NCBI GenBank assembly: GCA_036821185.1
Contig: DAISKD010000001.1
Location: forward strand, 367,406-431,405
DNA length: 64,000 nucleotides
Direction of reading: 5' to 3'
Source of the DNA: Chloroflexota bacterium
GTDB lineage: Bacteria; Chloroflexota; Dehalococcoidia; GIF9; UBA5629
Shown here: positions 1-12,100 of the stretch, in pieces
How positions within the stretch are numbered: position 1 is the first letter of the stretch
Layout: every line of letters starts with the position of its first letter
Translations under genes and position numbers: made by a program
The notes under the pieces: model-generated
The model's input: only the letters and a program-made list of their open reading frames with translations
Told to the model about the DNA's origin: nothing
Databases searched by the model: none

Positions 1-1154
1 CGGGTGAAGAACAGATAAAGTCCCACGGTGTTAACTGGCAAACCATCATTTTCATTGGCGGCATGATGGTTTTAGTGGAGGGATTAAGTAGAGTTGGCTT
101 TTTCCGCTGGATATGCTTTCATGTGGCAAGAATGGTTAACTACCGTGTCCTACCGATCCTAGTTACTTTCATGATTCTGTCCGGCTTTTTGGCTATGTTC
201 ATAGATAGCATTACAGTACTGTTGTTTCTCGCTTCAGTGACCATAGAACTGGCACGCTTACTAAAATTTGATCCGGTGCCCATGATAATTGCCGAGATAT
301 TCGCTGCCAACACAGGGGGCAGCGCCACCATGTGCGGTGACCCGCCAAATATAATTATCGGCACTGCTTTTGGCTATACATTCACAGACTTTGCCATTAA
401 CACCGGCCCTATCGCCTGGGCAGGGATGGCCCTGAGCGTCATCTATTTCTACATTTGCACGCGTCGCACCATTGCAACTCAACCTGCGACTCGCCTTCTA
501 CCGCCGAATGAGTATCCTCAGCCGAGCGAAGCGGTGACAAACCCAAGGCTGTTCTGGCTACTTACAGTAATATTTGTCCTCGTAGTGCTTCTGCTGATAA
601 CGCACGCCGAGACCGGTCTCTCGGTAGCTTCTATCGGCGTCATCGCTGCCGTGCTTACACTTCTGGTCAGCTGGAAAGATTCCGCCCTTATCCTCCAAAG
701 GTTGGACTGGCGTACTCTGCTTTTCTTCATCGGTTTGTTCGTCTGCGTAGGCGGGCTTGAGGAAACAGGTGTACTTGGTATCCTGGCTAATTATATTGGG
801 GAAATATCCGGGGGAAAGCTGATTATAATGATAGCCATAATCCTCTGGGTATCTGCTTTTGCTTCGGCTATAGTGGACAACATCCCATTCGCTGCCACCA
901 TGGTACCGGTGATAAGTCACCTCGCTCACACTCACAGTATTGACCTATCCACATTGAGCTGGACCTTAGCCATAGGTGCAGACATCGGCGGTAACGCCAC
1001 ACCGATTGGAGCATCAGCAAACGTTGTAGGGACTGCTATAGCAGAAAGAGAAGGCTACCCCATAAAATGGGGAAGATTCCTGAAATATGCCCTCCCGGCA
1101 ACAATCGCTGTGATAGCCTTGTCTCATTTGTTGCTTATTTTGAGGTATACTTAG
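1..1154 (+). CDS. ArsB/NhaD-superfamily anion permease (arsenite/citrate-transporter-like), 5' end probably truncated by the window edge
   Basis: Polytopic membrane protein with a GGSATMCGDPPNIIIG motif, typical of the ArsB/NhaD/CitMHS permease fold. The open frame runs to base 1, and 363 aa is shorter than the family norm, so the N-terminus likely lies upstream of the window. Confidence 0.6.
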   Translation, partial: GEEQIKSHGVNWQTIIFIGGMMVLVEGLSRVGFFRWICFHVARMVNYRVLPILVTFMILSGFLAMFIDSITVLLFLASVTIELARLLKFDPVPMIIAEIFAANTGGSATMCGDPPNIIIGTAFGYTFTDFAINTGPIAWAGMALSVIYFYICTRRTIATQPATRLLPPNEYPQPSEAVTNPRLFWLLTVIFVLVVLLLITHAETGLSVASIGVIAAVLTLLVSWKDSALILQRLDWRTLLFFIGLFVCVGGLEETGVLGILANYIGEISGGKLIIMIAIILWVSAFASAIVDNIPFAATMVPVISHLAHTHSIDLSTLSWTLAIGADIGGNATPIGASANVVGTAIAEREGYPIKWGRFLKYALPATIAVIALSHLLLILRYT

Positions 1155-1163
1155 TTTAAGACA

Positions 1164-2045
1164 ATGTTTCAGAGACTCTTGGTCGCCCTAGACGGCTCAC
1201 AGTTGGCTGAGCAAGCTCTGCCGTATGCTGTGGAGATAGCTAACGCCTTTGCTTCTGAACTATTCCTAGTCACTGTGTGTCAAAGCCAGGAGGTGGATTT
1301 TACTCCCGCTTCCAAAGCTTATCTCGACAAGCGAGCGGAACAACTGAAAGGCAAAGTCTCCGGTGGTGTTAAAGTTAGAAAAGAAGTACTAGTAGGTAGA
1401 CCCGCAAGGGGAATCACGGAGTATGCTGTAAAAAAAGATATTGGCTTGATTATTATGACATCGCGAGGGCGATCAGGCATTGCATCTTGGCTGCTGGGCA
1501 GCACAGCTAACGAGATAATCCATTCCGTAAAAATACCGATTCTTTTGATCAAAGCCTCTGCATCAGCACCCGTCACAGTCAAATTTAAGCGGTGTCTAGT
1601 TACCTTAGACGGTTCTGAAAGGGGCGAAGCAATTTTGCCATATGCCGGAGAGCTGGGCGAGAAGCTTTCTTTGGAAATCGTTCTCCTTCGTGTGGTTGCT
1701 CCAGGTAAACATGTCCATACGATTGGTGGCTTAGACTTTGTATACTTTAAAGATAGAGACATAGAAATCATGAAGGCAGACGCACAAGAATATCTCAATA
1801 AACTGAGCATCAGGTTTGGGCACAAGGTGTCAACAGTGAGACCGGAAGTACGGGTTGGAGAGCCAGATCTGGAAATAATGAAGTACGCTGAGAAACACGA
1901 TTGTGACCTGATCGCCATGTCGAGTCATGGGCATTCCTTTGTTGAGCAGTGGACCTATGGCTCAGTGACATACAAAATCATACACCAAAGCACCAGACCC
2001 ATACTCCTATTACCATTAAAAAGTGATCTTGCTGAATCCCCATGA
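1164..2045 (+). CDS. Universal stress protein, tandem UspA domains
   Basis: Two successive Usp-like halves (VALDGSQLAEQALPYA... and VTLDGSERGEAILPYA...), each with a glycine-rich ATP-binding segment (SRGRSGIASWLLGS / SHGHSF). Sits directly downstream of the permease, a common pairing. Confidence 0.8.
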   Translation: MFQRLLVALDGSQLAEQALPYAVEIANAFASELFLVTVCQSQEVDFTPASKAYLDKRAEQLKGKVSGGVKVRKEVLVGRPARGITEYAVKKDIGLIIMTSRGRSGIASWLLGSTANEIIHSVKIPILLIKASASAPVTVKFKRCLVTLDGSERGEAILPYAGELGEKLSLEIVLLRVVAPGKHVHTIGGLDFVYFKDRDIEIMKADAQEYLNKLSIRFGHKVSTVRPEVRVGEPDLEIMKYAEKHDCDLIAMSSHGHSFVEQWTYGSVTYKIIHQSTRPILLLPLKSDLAESP

Positions 2046-2146
2046 TACCGCTCTTTAGTTCCTTGACGGCTCAAGTTTTCGATGCTATGCTTAAGTTAAA
2101 AGGATAGGAAGTATTACAACCCAATAAAGCCTCAACTGGGGGTAAA

Positions 2147-2491
2147 ATGAGTTACGAACGCGAATTACTCAAAGGCAGCACTGACACTCTGCTCTTGTCG
2201 TTGATCAGCATTCAGCCCATGTACGGTTATCAAATCATCAAGGAATTAGAAAAGAGAAGTAACGGCTATTTCCAGTTTAAGGAAGGCACTCTTTACCCAG
2301 CACTGCACCGGCTGGAGAGGGCAGGTCTCGTCTCTGGTAGATGGCAAAAAACACCCAGTGGGCAGGAAAGGCGTTACTACTTCATAACAGCAAAGGGGCA
2401 AAAGGTACTAGCTGAGAGACTAGCAATATGGCGAGATTTCTCCACGGCAGTATCTCTGATTATGCAACCGGCAAGCAATTATATGGGCTGA
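2147..2491 (+). CDS. PadR-family transcriptional regulator
   Basis: 114 aa. Winged-HTH motif LLKGSTDTLLLSLISIQPMYGYQIIKELEKRSNGYFQFKEGTLYPALHRLERAGLV is a textbook PadR signature. Confidence 0.85.
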   Translation: MSYERELLKGSTDTLLLSLISIQPMYGYQIIKELEKRSNGYFQFKEGTLYPALHRLERAGLVSGRWQKTPSGQERRYYFITAKGQKVLAERLAIWRDFSTAVSLIMQPASNYMG

Positions 2492-2495
2492 TAAG

Positions 2496-3401
2496 ATGGC
2501 ACCGCCCGAGTTGAAATATCTCGAGAGTTTAAAAAGGTACCTGCGACTCGACCCTATACTCGAAAGCACTATAATAAAAGAAATTCGCGCCCATTTAGAA
2601 GACAAAAGCCAGGAACTAAAAGAATCAGGGGTGTCCGAAGAGGAGGCAACAACTATTGCCACCAAAACATTCGGCCCGCCACAGTTAGTTGCTCGACAAA
2701 TATATGAAGTCTACAGCCAGGGTACCTGGCGTCAATCGCTGTGCGCAGCACTGCCACACCTGTTGGTGGCTTTACTGTTTGCCTTGCATTTCTGGCAAAA
2801 CATTTTCTGGCTGTCCACAGTCATTGCTTTAGTAGCCGGCGTTACCATTTACGGTTGGTACAATGGGCGGCCAGACTGGCTATTTCCGTGGCTGGGCTAC
2901 TCTTTAGCACCAGTGATAGCTACCGGAGCACTTCTAGTCTACCTACCCGGAGCTTGGACATGGTTTGCATTTGTAACTTATGCACCCCTGGTACTCCTTG
3001 TTCTCATTTCTGTGATTAAAGCAGCATTAAAGCGCGACTGGGTTTTCGCTTCCTTAATGCTGCTACCCCTGCCCATAACAATAGGCTGGATAATTACAAT
3101 AGCAAAAGGCGCTGAGTTATCGTGGCAAGTGCAGATCCAGAAAAACGCACCTTTTATTGCTCTGAGCTTCTCTATACTGGCAATAGCCGCAATAGCCTTC
3201 GTTCGTGTAAGGCAGCGCTGGGCAAAAGTTACTGTCCTCGCAATACTCGAGGCAGTCGTACTGGTGATGATTGTTCTCGTAGGTAAAGACTTCGTAGGCC
3301 CGGTCGCTTGGTTATTTCTTGCCCTAGTAGGAGTTTCCTTATTCTTCGGTCCAGCTTTGTTAGAACAAGGCCTAACCAGAAACCGTTCTAGATTTGCCTA
3401 A
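2496..3401 (+). CDS. PadR-associated membrane protein (DUF1700/HAAS-like N-terminal helical domain plus multi-pass membrane region)
   Basis: Starts 5 nt after padR. The soluble N-terminal ~75 aa (LKYLESLKRYL...SEEEATTIATKTFGPPQLVARQI) matches the DUF1700 pattern that partners PadR HTHs. About 6 hydrophobic segments follow. Confidence 0.5.
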   Translation: MAPPELKYLESLKRYLRLDPILESTIIKEIRAHLEDKSQELKESGVSEEEATTIATKTFGPPQLVARQIYEVYSQGTWRQSLCAALPHLLVALLFALHFWQNIFWLSTVIALVAGVTIYGWYNGRPDWLFPWLGYSLAPVIATGALLVYLPGAWTWFAFVTYAPLVLLVLISVIKAALKRDWVFASLMLLPLPITIGWIITIAKGAELSWQVQIQKNAPFIALSFSILAIAAIAFVRVRQRWAKVTVLAILEAVVLVMIVLVGKDFVGPVAWLFLALVGVSLFFGPALLEQGLTRNRSRFA

Positions 3402-3469
3402 TACTCTTGCCCCTCAAACCACATTTAACAGGACCCCGGAGAGGCTGGAAACCTGATGGCTACACAAAA

Positions 3470-3919
3470 TCACTGCCATAGCCCCTTACGCAATCGCTTA
3501 GCCTCGCGCTCCATCTCCTCCAAATATTCTTGGTACTTGGTATCAGGAGGATACCTCTTGGCAAAAGCGTAGCCATTCCTTACCAACTCGCCGTTAACAA
3601 AGATACCATCAACATATACATAGCGCAACAATCTCCCATAACTATCCCTGTCAGAAACATCTCTTTCCAATCTGACACGTTTGCCGACAACCATTCGCTC
3701 GTTGAATTGTTTCGCCTCTAAATAGAAAGGTTCACCGACTTCTGGGGCATCAACCCCGATATACCGCACATGTTCACTGCCTGCAATCACAATGGTGTCC
3801 CCGTCTATGACCTGTTCTACCACAGCCGTCTCTACAGGGCCAACACACCCAGCTGCCCGCAAAAACCCGACAAGAAGAACTAGGACAATAAAGCATTTAC
3901 CCAACACGGAAGGCAACAA
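3470..3919 (-). CDS. Secreted thermonuclease (staphylococcal nuclease/SNase-like)
   Basis: N-terminal signal peptide with a Cys (lipoprotein-like). SNase core motifs: DGDTIVIAGSEHVRYIGVDAPE, GRLLRYVYVDG, NGELVRNGYA. Confidence 0.7.
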   Translation of the reverse strand: MLPSVLGKCFIVLVLLVGFLRAAGCVGPVETAVVEQVIDGDTIVIAGSEHVRYIGVDAPEVGEPFYLEAKQFNERMVVGKRVRLERDVSDRDSYGRLLRYVYVDGIFVNGELVRNGYAFAKRYPPDTKYQEYLEEMEREAKRLRKGLWQ

Positions 3920-3976
3920 ACAGGGGGAGAATAGAGGAAAAATTGTTAACGGTCAGTCGTGAATGATGTAACTGTT

Positions 3977-5017
3977 CTACCATAGCCCTGGTTGGCTGGC
4001 ATGACCCCGTTTATAAGCCATCCCCAGATGCTCATAGGCAAGCCGTGTGGCTGACCTCCCTCGAGGGGTACGCTCTATAAACCCTAACTGAAGCAGATAC
4101 GGCTCATACACGTCCATTATTGTATCTGCTTCCTCGCTTATAGAAGCAGCTATGGTTTCCAAACCGACAGGCCCACCATCAAATTTCTCTATGATGGCTC
4201 GCAATATTTTGTGGTCAACTTCATCCAAGCCCAGAGGGTCTACCTCTAGTTTCGAAAGAGCTTCTACAGCTACGGACTCAGTGACCACACCGTCGGCCAC
4301 CACCTGAGCATAGTCCCTGACCCTCTTAAGGAGACGGTTCGCTACCCGTGGTGTTCCACGGGCTCGGCGGGCAATCTGACCTAGAGCGCCTTCATCTATC
4401 TCAACATTCAAGAGCTTTGCCGATCGCCACAGGATCAGCACTATCGAGTTTTCATCATAAAAATCAAGTCGGTACACAGCACCAAACCTTTCTCTTAAAG
4501 GTGGGCTCATCAACGCATAGCGGGTAGTCGCCCCCACTAGAGTAAAAGGAGGTAGCTTCAAACGCAAGCTCCGTGCTCCCGGGCCTTTGCCTACTACTAT
4601 ATCTATGGCAAACTCTTCCATCGCAGAATAGAGAACTTCTTCTACAGGCCGACTGAGCCGGTGAATCTCATCTATGAAGAAGCTATCACTCCTCTGTAGG
4701 TTCGTCAGGATAGCTGCTAGGTCGCCCGGACGCTCTATCGCCGGACCCGAAGTAACCTTGATGCTGACCCCCATTTCCGCAGCAATAATATAGGCTAATG
4801 TGGTCTTTCCTAAGCCAGGAGGACCATACAGCAGGATATGATCCAAAGGCTCGCCTCTCTTCTTGGCTGCGGCAATTGCTATTGCTAAATTCTCTTTGAC
4901 CTTATCTTGACCTACAAACTCGCTTAAGCGCCGAGGACGAAGGCTGGCATCTAATGACACGTCATCTGCGCTCTGCTTGGCTGAAACTATCCGTGCTTTT
5001 GCTTCGCTATCCTTCAT
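3977..5017 (-). CDS. ruvB: Holliday junction branch-migration ATPase RuvB
   Basis: AAA+ Walker A ([22 protein letters not shown]), sensor motifs and a C-terminal winged helix. Length 346 aa. No ruvA is adjacent. Confidence 0.95.
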   Translation of the reverse strand: MKDSEAKARIVSAKQSADDVSLDASLRPRRLSEFVGQDKVKENLAIAIAAAKKRGEPLDHILLYGPPGLGKTTLAYIIAAEMGVSIKVTSGPAIERPGDLAAILTNLQRSDSFFIDEIHRLSRPVEEVLYSAMEEFAIDIVVGKGPGARSLRLKLPPFTLVGATTRYALMSPPLRERFGAVYRLDFYDENSIVLILWRSAKLLNVEIDEGALGQIARRARGTPRVANRLLKRVRDYAQVVADGVVTESVAVEALSKLEVDPLGLDEVDHKILRAIIEKFDGGPVGLETIAASISEEADTIMDVYEPYLLQLGFIERTPRGRSATRLAYEHLGMAYKRGHASQPGLW

Positions 5018-5271
5018 TCTCCCATCGTTAGTAAACTAACTAGCGCTGTACAACCATTATACACTACCCTCTCCCCTTTTCCGCAGTCACCTCAGTCATC
5101 CGTCGAGTTTCGAAATTCAATTAACAACATACCCGAGGCTCCATCCTCCAACAACCAGACCGTCCACACTGCACACCCAAAAGACGCAGTATCCCCCCTT
5201 CGAATATACCTGCAGAACAAGACCACTTGTCTTCAATATTTTCCTTGGGAAATATCCGGAGAAATCTCTAC

Positions 5272-8200
5272 CTATAAAGAAGGCAAAGATTCTCGCTCAG
5301 CAGGGGGAGCTTCTTCTACAGAAGAAAGAGCCCTGGCCGGAATTAGTTTACCTATAATCACGTTTTCCTTAAGCCCCAGCAAGCGGTCTGTCTTACCCCA
5401 AATCGCTGTCTCGGTCAGGACCCTGGTAGTTTCCTGAAATGATGCAGCTGCCAGCCAGCTATCGGTGTTAAGCGAAGCACGTGTAATACCCAAAAGGAGG
5501 GTCTGGGCAGTGGCTGGTTCACCACCCTCCGCCAGCACCTTGGCGTTGATGCTTTCATACTCGAAACGATCGATTAGATCGCCAGGTAAAAGGTCTGTAT
5601 CGCCAGGAGATTCTATGCGCACACGTCTTAACATCTGCCGGATAATGATCTCTATGTGCTTGTCATTGATATTGACACCCTGAGAGCGATAGACCTTCTG
5701 CACCTCCTCAACCAAATACTGTTGCACCGCTTCCCTGCCCATAATACGCAGAATATCTTGTGGGTCGACCACACCATCAGTGAGCTGTTCTCCAGCCTTA
5801 ACCCTATCGCCAGATCTGACTCGAATGTGACTCCCTGAAGGGATTAAATATTCGCGCTCCTCAACCTCTTCATACCTGATAATAATCTGCTTGTCTTGGA
5901 TGGTGATGGTGCCAGATACCCTAGCCACCAGAGAAGAGTCATCCACAACTGCAAGACGTTGACTGGTCGTCCCTTCCACAGACTGCGGAGCCAAAGAGGC
6001 CAGTCTGGTTCCAGCCTCAACCCACTGTCCATTGCTCACCAGCAACACGGCTCCAGAAGGCAAAGGATACTCATCCTGATAATATTCGGTACTCACCACT
6101 CTAACCTTGCGAGCATCCTGGCTCTCAACCACCTCCACGACACCGTCAATTTCAGATATGATAGCTACACCTTTTGGGACCCTAGCCTCAAAAAGTTCCT
6201 CAACTCTAGGTAGACCAGTGGTGATATCAGCGCCGACAACACCTCCTGTGTGGAACGTGCGCAGCGTAAGCTGTGTTCCTGGCTCACCAATGCTCTGAGC
6301 AGCAATTATGCCTACCGCAGTTCCAAGAGCCACTAGTCCGCGCCTGGCTAAGTCACGCCCATAGCAACGTTGGCAGATCCCCCGCCGCGAACGACAACTC
6401 AGCGGTGACCTAACATAGACCTGTGTAATACCTGCGTCCACGATTTGTTGTGCTTGAACTTCATCGATTTCTTCGTTTCTGCGAACGATGACCCTCTTGG
6501 TTGCAGGGTCAACAACATCAGCAGCTGCCAAACGGCCCAGTATGCGCTCGGACAGAGGTGGCAACAGCCCTCTATCGGGTTTTTCAAATAGCCAGATCCC
6601 TTCCTCTGTACCACAGTCTTCCTCAAGGACAATCAAGTCCTGGGCAACATCTATAAGCCGACGTGTTAAATAGCCAGCGTCAGAAGTCCTCAAAGCAGTG
6701 TCAGCCAGACCCTTGCGTGCACCATGGGTGGAGATAAAATATTCTATTACATCGAGCCCTTCACGGAAGCTAGACTTAATAGGAAAATCAATTATTCTAC
6801 CAGCAGGATCCGTCATAAGACCGCGCATGCCAGCCATTTGTCTAATCTGTGAGATGTTACCTTTAGCACCAGATGTTGCCATCATATAAAGTCCACCATA
6901 ACGATCAAGTGACTGAGCAACCGTCTCCGTAATTTTGTCCGTGGTCTCAGACCATACCTGAATGGCACTACTATACCTCTCATCCTCTGTGATTAACCCG
7001 CGGTCGTACTGACTCTGGATAACAGCAATCTTCTCTTCGCCCTCTTCTAAAATCTTTCCCTTGCTCTTGGGCACCTCGACATCTTTGGCAGCAATTGTTA
7101 TCCCCGACTTCGTGGCAAATTCGAAGCCTAATTGCTTAAGATTGTCGAGCAAGGTCACGGTGGGTGCACTACCTAATACGCGATAACAATCCAGAACCAA
7201 ACGCTTCAGAGAGGCTTTGTCCATCACCTGGTTACAGAAACGAAACTGGGGAGGCAAAACCTCATTAAATAAGATTCGACCCACGCTGGTCTTAAGCCTT
7301 GTCCCGTCGGGTTCAAGCCTTACTTCTATCTCGGCTTGTAACTCTACTGCACCCGATTCATAAGCCAATTTAGCCTCGTCAAAGCTACCAAAGATCATTC
7401 CCTCACCCCGACACCCCGGACGGATTATAGTAAGATAGTAGCAACCTAAAACCATGTCCAACGTAGGTGTCATTATCGGTTCACCACAGCTTGGTAATAG
7501 CATATTGTGGATACTAAGCATATGCTCTTTGGCTTCTCTGACCGCTGCCCGAGAAAGCGGCACATGCACTGCCATCTGATCACCATCAAAATCAGCATTA
7601 AACGCCGCACACACCAGAGGATGGATTTGAATAGCACTTCCCTCAATAAGAACCGGCTCAAAGGCCTGGATACTTAAGCGGTGTAAAGTCGGAGCCCTAT
7701 TAAGCAAAACCGGTCGTTCTTTGACCATTTCAGCTAGAATATCCCATACCTCAGGTCTTGCCCTCTCAACTTGTCTGCGGGCACTCTTAATGTTATGAGC
7801 ATAACCTTGGTCAATCAAGCGACGCATTACAAAAGGTTTAAACAACTCCAGCGCCATATGCTTGGGTAAACCGCACTGATGCAACTTCAACTCAGGACCG
7901 ACAACTATTACTGACCGGCCACTATAGTCCACGCGCTTGCCCAAAAGGTTCTGTCGAAAACGGCCCTGCTTGCCTCGAAGCATATCTGATAGGGACTTCA
8001 ACCTGTGGGTCCCGCTTACGGCAACCGCTCGTCCCCTCCGCCCACTATCGATAAGTGCATCAACCGCTTCTTGAAGCATTCTTTTTTCATTTCGAATAAC
8101 AATCTCTGGAGCACCCAAGTCTATTAACCGTTTAAGACGATTATTGCGGTTGATTACTCGGCGATACAAATCGTTAAGGTCACTCGTGGCAAACCGTCCA

Positions 8201-9156
8201 CCGTCAAGTTGCACTATGGGGCGGAGATCCGGAGGTAGAACGGGAAGGACAGTTAAGATCATCCACCCTGGCTTATTGCCACTGCGCCAGAAAGCCTCGA
8301 CTACTCGCAATCTTTTTATCGCCTTCTTGCGGCATTGTCCTGAACTGGAACGTACCTCGTCCCACAGCTCCTGCCGCAACTTACCAAGATCCATCCCCCT
8401 AAGGATATCAAGGATCGCCTCGGCCCCCATCGAGGCCTTGAAAAAATCACCAAACTCCGCTTTTAACTCCTGATACTGACTTTCGGTAAGCAGCACCGAC
8501 GGCCTCAGATTCTCCAAGATCGACACTTTCTCTTGCAACATATCTTGAAGCTCGGCCTTTTCCTCAGCGAACTCACGGCGTAGTTCGTTTATTCTTGCAA
8601 TCGTCTCGGTGGCTAGTCCATGCCCCTCTTTAGATTCCTCATCCGAAATGTACTTTTCCAGCGCCACCTCCTTTCTTGAAACTCGCTGGCTCAATCCTTC
8701 CTTCATCCGTCTAACTATTTCATCACGAGCCTTCTCGTCGACCGAAGTAACAATATACTGAGCAAAATATAAGACGCGCTCAAGGTTACGAGGGGAAATG
8801 TCCAAAAGCAGCGCCAACCTGCTTGGTATACCTTTGGCAAACCAGACGTGAGCAACAGGTGCAGCCAGTTCGATATGCCCCATGCGTATTCTGCGCACCC
8901 TGGAGTGTTCTACGGTGACACCACATCTATCGCAAGTCACACCGCGATATCGGATCTTCTTATACTTGCCACAATAACACTCGTAATTTTTCGTCGGTCC
9001 AAAAATCCTCTCACAGAAAAGCCCATCCTTCTCCGGTTTCAAAGTACGATAGTTTATCGTCTCCGGCTCAGTTACTTCACCGTAAGACCAACTTCTAATC
9101 TGTTCCGGAGAAGCCAGGGAAATTCTTACTGCATTGAAATCGTTGACTTCTATCAT
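5272..9156 (-). CDS. rpoC: DNA-directed RNA polymerase subunit beta'
   Basis: 1294 aa. Zn-finger [20 protein letters not shown] and the catalytic NADFDGDQM motif. The start overlaps the rpoB stop by 4 bp (ATGA). Confidence 0.97.
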   Translation of the reverse strand: MIEVNDFNAVRISLASPEQIRSWSYGEVTEPETINYRTLKPEKDGLFCERIFGPTKNYECYCGKYKKIRYRGVTCDRCGVTVEHSRVRRIRMGHIELAAPVAHVWFAKGIPSRLALLLDISPRNLERVLYFAQYIVTSVDEKARDEIVRRMKEGLSQRVSRKEVALEKYISDEESKEGHGLATETIARINELRREFAEEKAELQDMLQEKVSILENLRPSVLLTESQYQELKAEFGDFFKASMGAEAILDILRGMDLGKLRQELWDEVRSSSGQCRKKAIKRLRVVEAFWRSGNKPGWMILTVLPVLPPDLRPIVQLDGGRFATSDLNDLYRRVINRNNRLKRLIDLGAPEIVIRNEKRMLQEAVDALIDSGRRGRAVAVSGTHRLKSLSDMLRGKQGRFRQNLLGKRVDYSGRSVIVVGPELKLHQCGLPKHMALELFKPFVMRRLIDQGYAHNIKSARRQVERARPEVWDILAEMVKERPVLLNRAPTLHRLSIQAFEPVLIEGSAIQIHPLVCAAFNADFDGDQMAVHVPLSRAAVREAKEHMLSIHNMLLPSCGEPIMTPTLDMVLGCYYLTIIRPGCRGEGMIFGSFDEAKLAYESGAVELQAEIEVRLEPDGTRLKTSVGRILFNEVLPPQFRFCNQVMDKASLKRLVLDCYRVLGSAPTVTLLDNLKQLGFEFATKSGITIAAKDVEVPKSKGKILEEGEEKIAVIQSQYDRGLITEDERYSSAIQVWSETTDKITETVAQSLDRYGGLYMMATSGAKGNISQIRQMAGMRGLMTDPAGRIIDFPIKSSFREGLDVIEYFISTHGARKGLADTALRTSDAGYLTRRLIDVAQDLIVLEEDCGTEEGIWLFEKPDRGLLPPLSERILGRLAAADVVDPATKRVIVRRNEEIDEVQAQQIVDAGITQVYVRSPLSCRSRRGICQRCYGRDLARRGLVALGTAVGIIAAQSIGEPGTQLTLRTFHTGGVVGADITTGLPRVEELFEARVPKGVAIISEIDGVVEVVESQDARKVRVVSTEYYQDEYPLPSGAVLLVSNGQWVEAGTRLASLAPQSVEGTTSQRLAVVDDSSLVARVSGTITIQDKQIIIRYEEVEEREYLIPSGSHIRVRSGDRVKAGEQLTDGVVDPQDILRIMGREAVQQYLVEEVQKVYRSQGVNINDKHIEIIIRQMLRRVRIESPGDTDLLPGDLIDRFEYESINAKVLAEGGEPATAQTLLLGITRASLNTDSWLAAASFQETTRVLTETAIWGKTDRLLGLKENVIIGKLIPARALSSVEEAPPAERESLPSL

Positions 9157-12100
9157 TTCTCTTCTCCTTTAGCCACAATCTTAGGTTTGCCCCCTATACG
9201 TCGCTTTTCCTCGAGAAAACCTACCTCCTCTTCCTCATTTAGTAACTCTACCGCCAAACCCAGACTGCGCAACTCCATAAATAGAACTTTGAATGATTCT
9301 GGCACCCCGGGTTGAAATACGTCCTCCCCTTTGACCAGAGCTTCGTAAGCTTTTGCTCTGCCAGTAACATCGTCGGATTTAATAGTAAGCATCTCCTGAA
9401 GTGTATAACTGGCACCATAAGCCTCCAAAGCCCACACTTCCATTTCTCCAAAACGCTGCCCACCAAACTGTGCTTTCCCTCCGAGAGGTTGCTGGGTAAT
9501 CAAGGAGTAAGGACCTGTTGACCGAGCGTGTACCTTGTCCTCCACCAGATGGATAAGCTTCATCATATAGATAACACCCACAGTTACTGGCTGGTCAAAA
9601 GGCTCTCCAGTCCTCCCATCTCTAAGGGTTACCTTACCAAATATAGGTGGTGACGTTCTGCGCTCAAGATAGATTCTTTCCACCATCTCTTCTACTTCCT
9701 TGTCGCTGAGCTTATAGGCTTTCACGCCCAGACTCTCTAACCAAAGACGCAAACAAACACTTCTTGCCCCACCGGAGCATTGATCATCAAACACTCTGTC
9801 GGGGTTATAGCCTTTGTCTGCAAGCCACGACTTCGCTTTCTCAATGTCAACCGTTCCGCGCCCATCAGCACAAGTACGATCAATAGCGCCAGCTTGCTGC
9901 ACTATCCAAGCCCTTGCTAGAGCATCCTCTATTGCTGTATCCGTTGCGCCATCAAAGATGGGATTGAGCACTTTGAAGCCAAGGGGCTCAGCTGCCCAAC
10001 CTAGATGGGCCTCGAGAATCTGACCAATGTTCATGCGCGAAGGTACACCTATGGGGTTGAGTATTATGTCCACCGGTCTGCCATCCGGCAAAAAGGGCAT
10101 GTCTTCCTCCGGTACAATACAGGAGATAACGCCTTTGTTCCCGTGTCTACCAGCCATTTTGTCGCCAACAGATATTTTCCTTTTCTGTGCCACCCACACA
10201 CGCACGAGCTTATGTACACCAGCCGGTAGATCACTATGGTTATCCCGAGAAAAAACTTTTACATCTATTACTTTACCCCACTCACCATGCGGTACCCTTA
10301 AAGAATTGTCCTTCACCTCCCGCGCCTTCTCGCCAAATATGGCCCGCAATAACCTTTCCTCAGGGGTAAGCTCCGTTTCGCCTTTTGGGGTAATCTTACC
10401 GACCAATATCGACCCAGGCCCCACCTCAGCACCAACACGGATGATGCCATACTCATCCAAATCGCGCAAACTTTCCTCGCCTACGTTGGGAATATCTCTA
10501 GTAATTTCCTCCGGACCAAGTTTGGTTTCACGAGCTTCGATCTCATACCTCTCGATATGAATAGAAGTGAACCTGTCGTCCTTCACCAGCCTATCACTTA
10601 TGATAACTGCATCCTCAAAATTGTAGCCGCGCCAACTCATAAAAGCACAAATTACGTTCTGACCCAAGGCAAGCTCACCTTGGTCTGTAGCAGAGCTATC
10701 AGCTATGACTTGCCCTTTCTCCACTACGTCGCCCTTGGAAACAATAGGCCTCTGATTGATGCAGGTGCCTTGGTTTGTACGAGCAAATTTAATTAACGGG
10801 TATACACGGGTGCTGCCATTCTTTTCCAGAACAACTATCCTGTCCCCACTGACCGATACAACTTTCCCATCCTCACGAGCGAATATAACCTGTCCGCTGT
10901 ATTTGGCTACTTCTTTCTCCATGCCCGTCCCAATAGTAGGCGCTTCGGGGCGGATTAAAGGGACTGCTTGGCGCTGCATGTTAGATCCCATTAGCGCCCG
11001 GTTAGCATCGTCATGCTCAAGAAAAGGTATCAGCGACGTGGTGACGCTAAACACCTGTTTTGGTGAAACATCCATCAGGTCCACTTTCTCTGCCGGCTCC
11101 TTAAGGTACTCCCCACCCCTCATAACACCGATCTTATCCTCGACAAATTCGTTCCGCTCATTGAGTCGGGCATTTGCCTGCGCAATCGTATAGCGCTCTT
11201 CGTCCTCCGCAGTCAGATAAACAATTTCGTCAGATACGAAAGGAACTACCCGTATCTGGCGCGGTGGTAATTTTTGAAGCTTCCGGGCAATCTCCCGGGT
11301 GACTACGGTTCCCCTGGAAGCAATTAACTCGCCATCACCACCAAGTACGTTCTCTGCCAATGTCCTACCGACTAACTTCTCAGAGGTACTGGAAACTTCA
11401 CGAAGCACTTTTCGGTATGGAGCCTGAATGAACCCATATTCGTTAATAGAAGCATAAGTGGCTAGGGAACCGATCAGCCCAATATTCGGCCCCTCCGGGG
11501 TCTCAATCGGGCAAATTTTCCCATAATGAGAGTGGTGCACGTCCCGTACGTCAAAGCCTGCTCGCTCTCGGCTAAGACCTCCCGGCCCCATAGCTGAAAG
11601 GCGACGCCTATGCGTCAGTTCAGCCAATGGATTGGTCTGATCCATAAACTGCGATAGCTGCGAACCACCAAAGAATTCGCGCATAGTGGCGACTATGGGC
11701 CGATTATTGATGAGATTGGCTGGAGTAGCAGCCTCGGGCCCTACGATGCTCATACGTTCCTTAATCGTCCGCTCCAAACGCAATAAGCCGATACGAAACT
11801 GGTTCTGCATTAGATGTCCCACCGTACGTACGCGACGATTGCGGAGGTGGTCTATATCATCTGGTTCCTCAAGCCCATTGTTGATCCGCATAATATGGCG
11901 GACAATCTGGATGAAGTCCTCCTTCGTTAAACATCGCTGATTCTCGTCAACATTAAGGCCCAACCTGCTATTTAACTTATAGCGCCCCACCTTTCCAAGA
12001 TCATATCGCCGAGGGTTAAAGAAAAGATTATTGAGAAGAGTCTGTGCGTTCTCAACGGTGGGTGGTTCACCCGGGCGTAACCGCCTGTACACATCTATCA

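Noticed and set aside
2741-3019. 92-aa ORF overlapping the PadR-associated membrane gene in another frame
   Set aside because: It is fully embedded in a longer, better-supported ORF on the same strand and has no independent signals.
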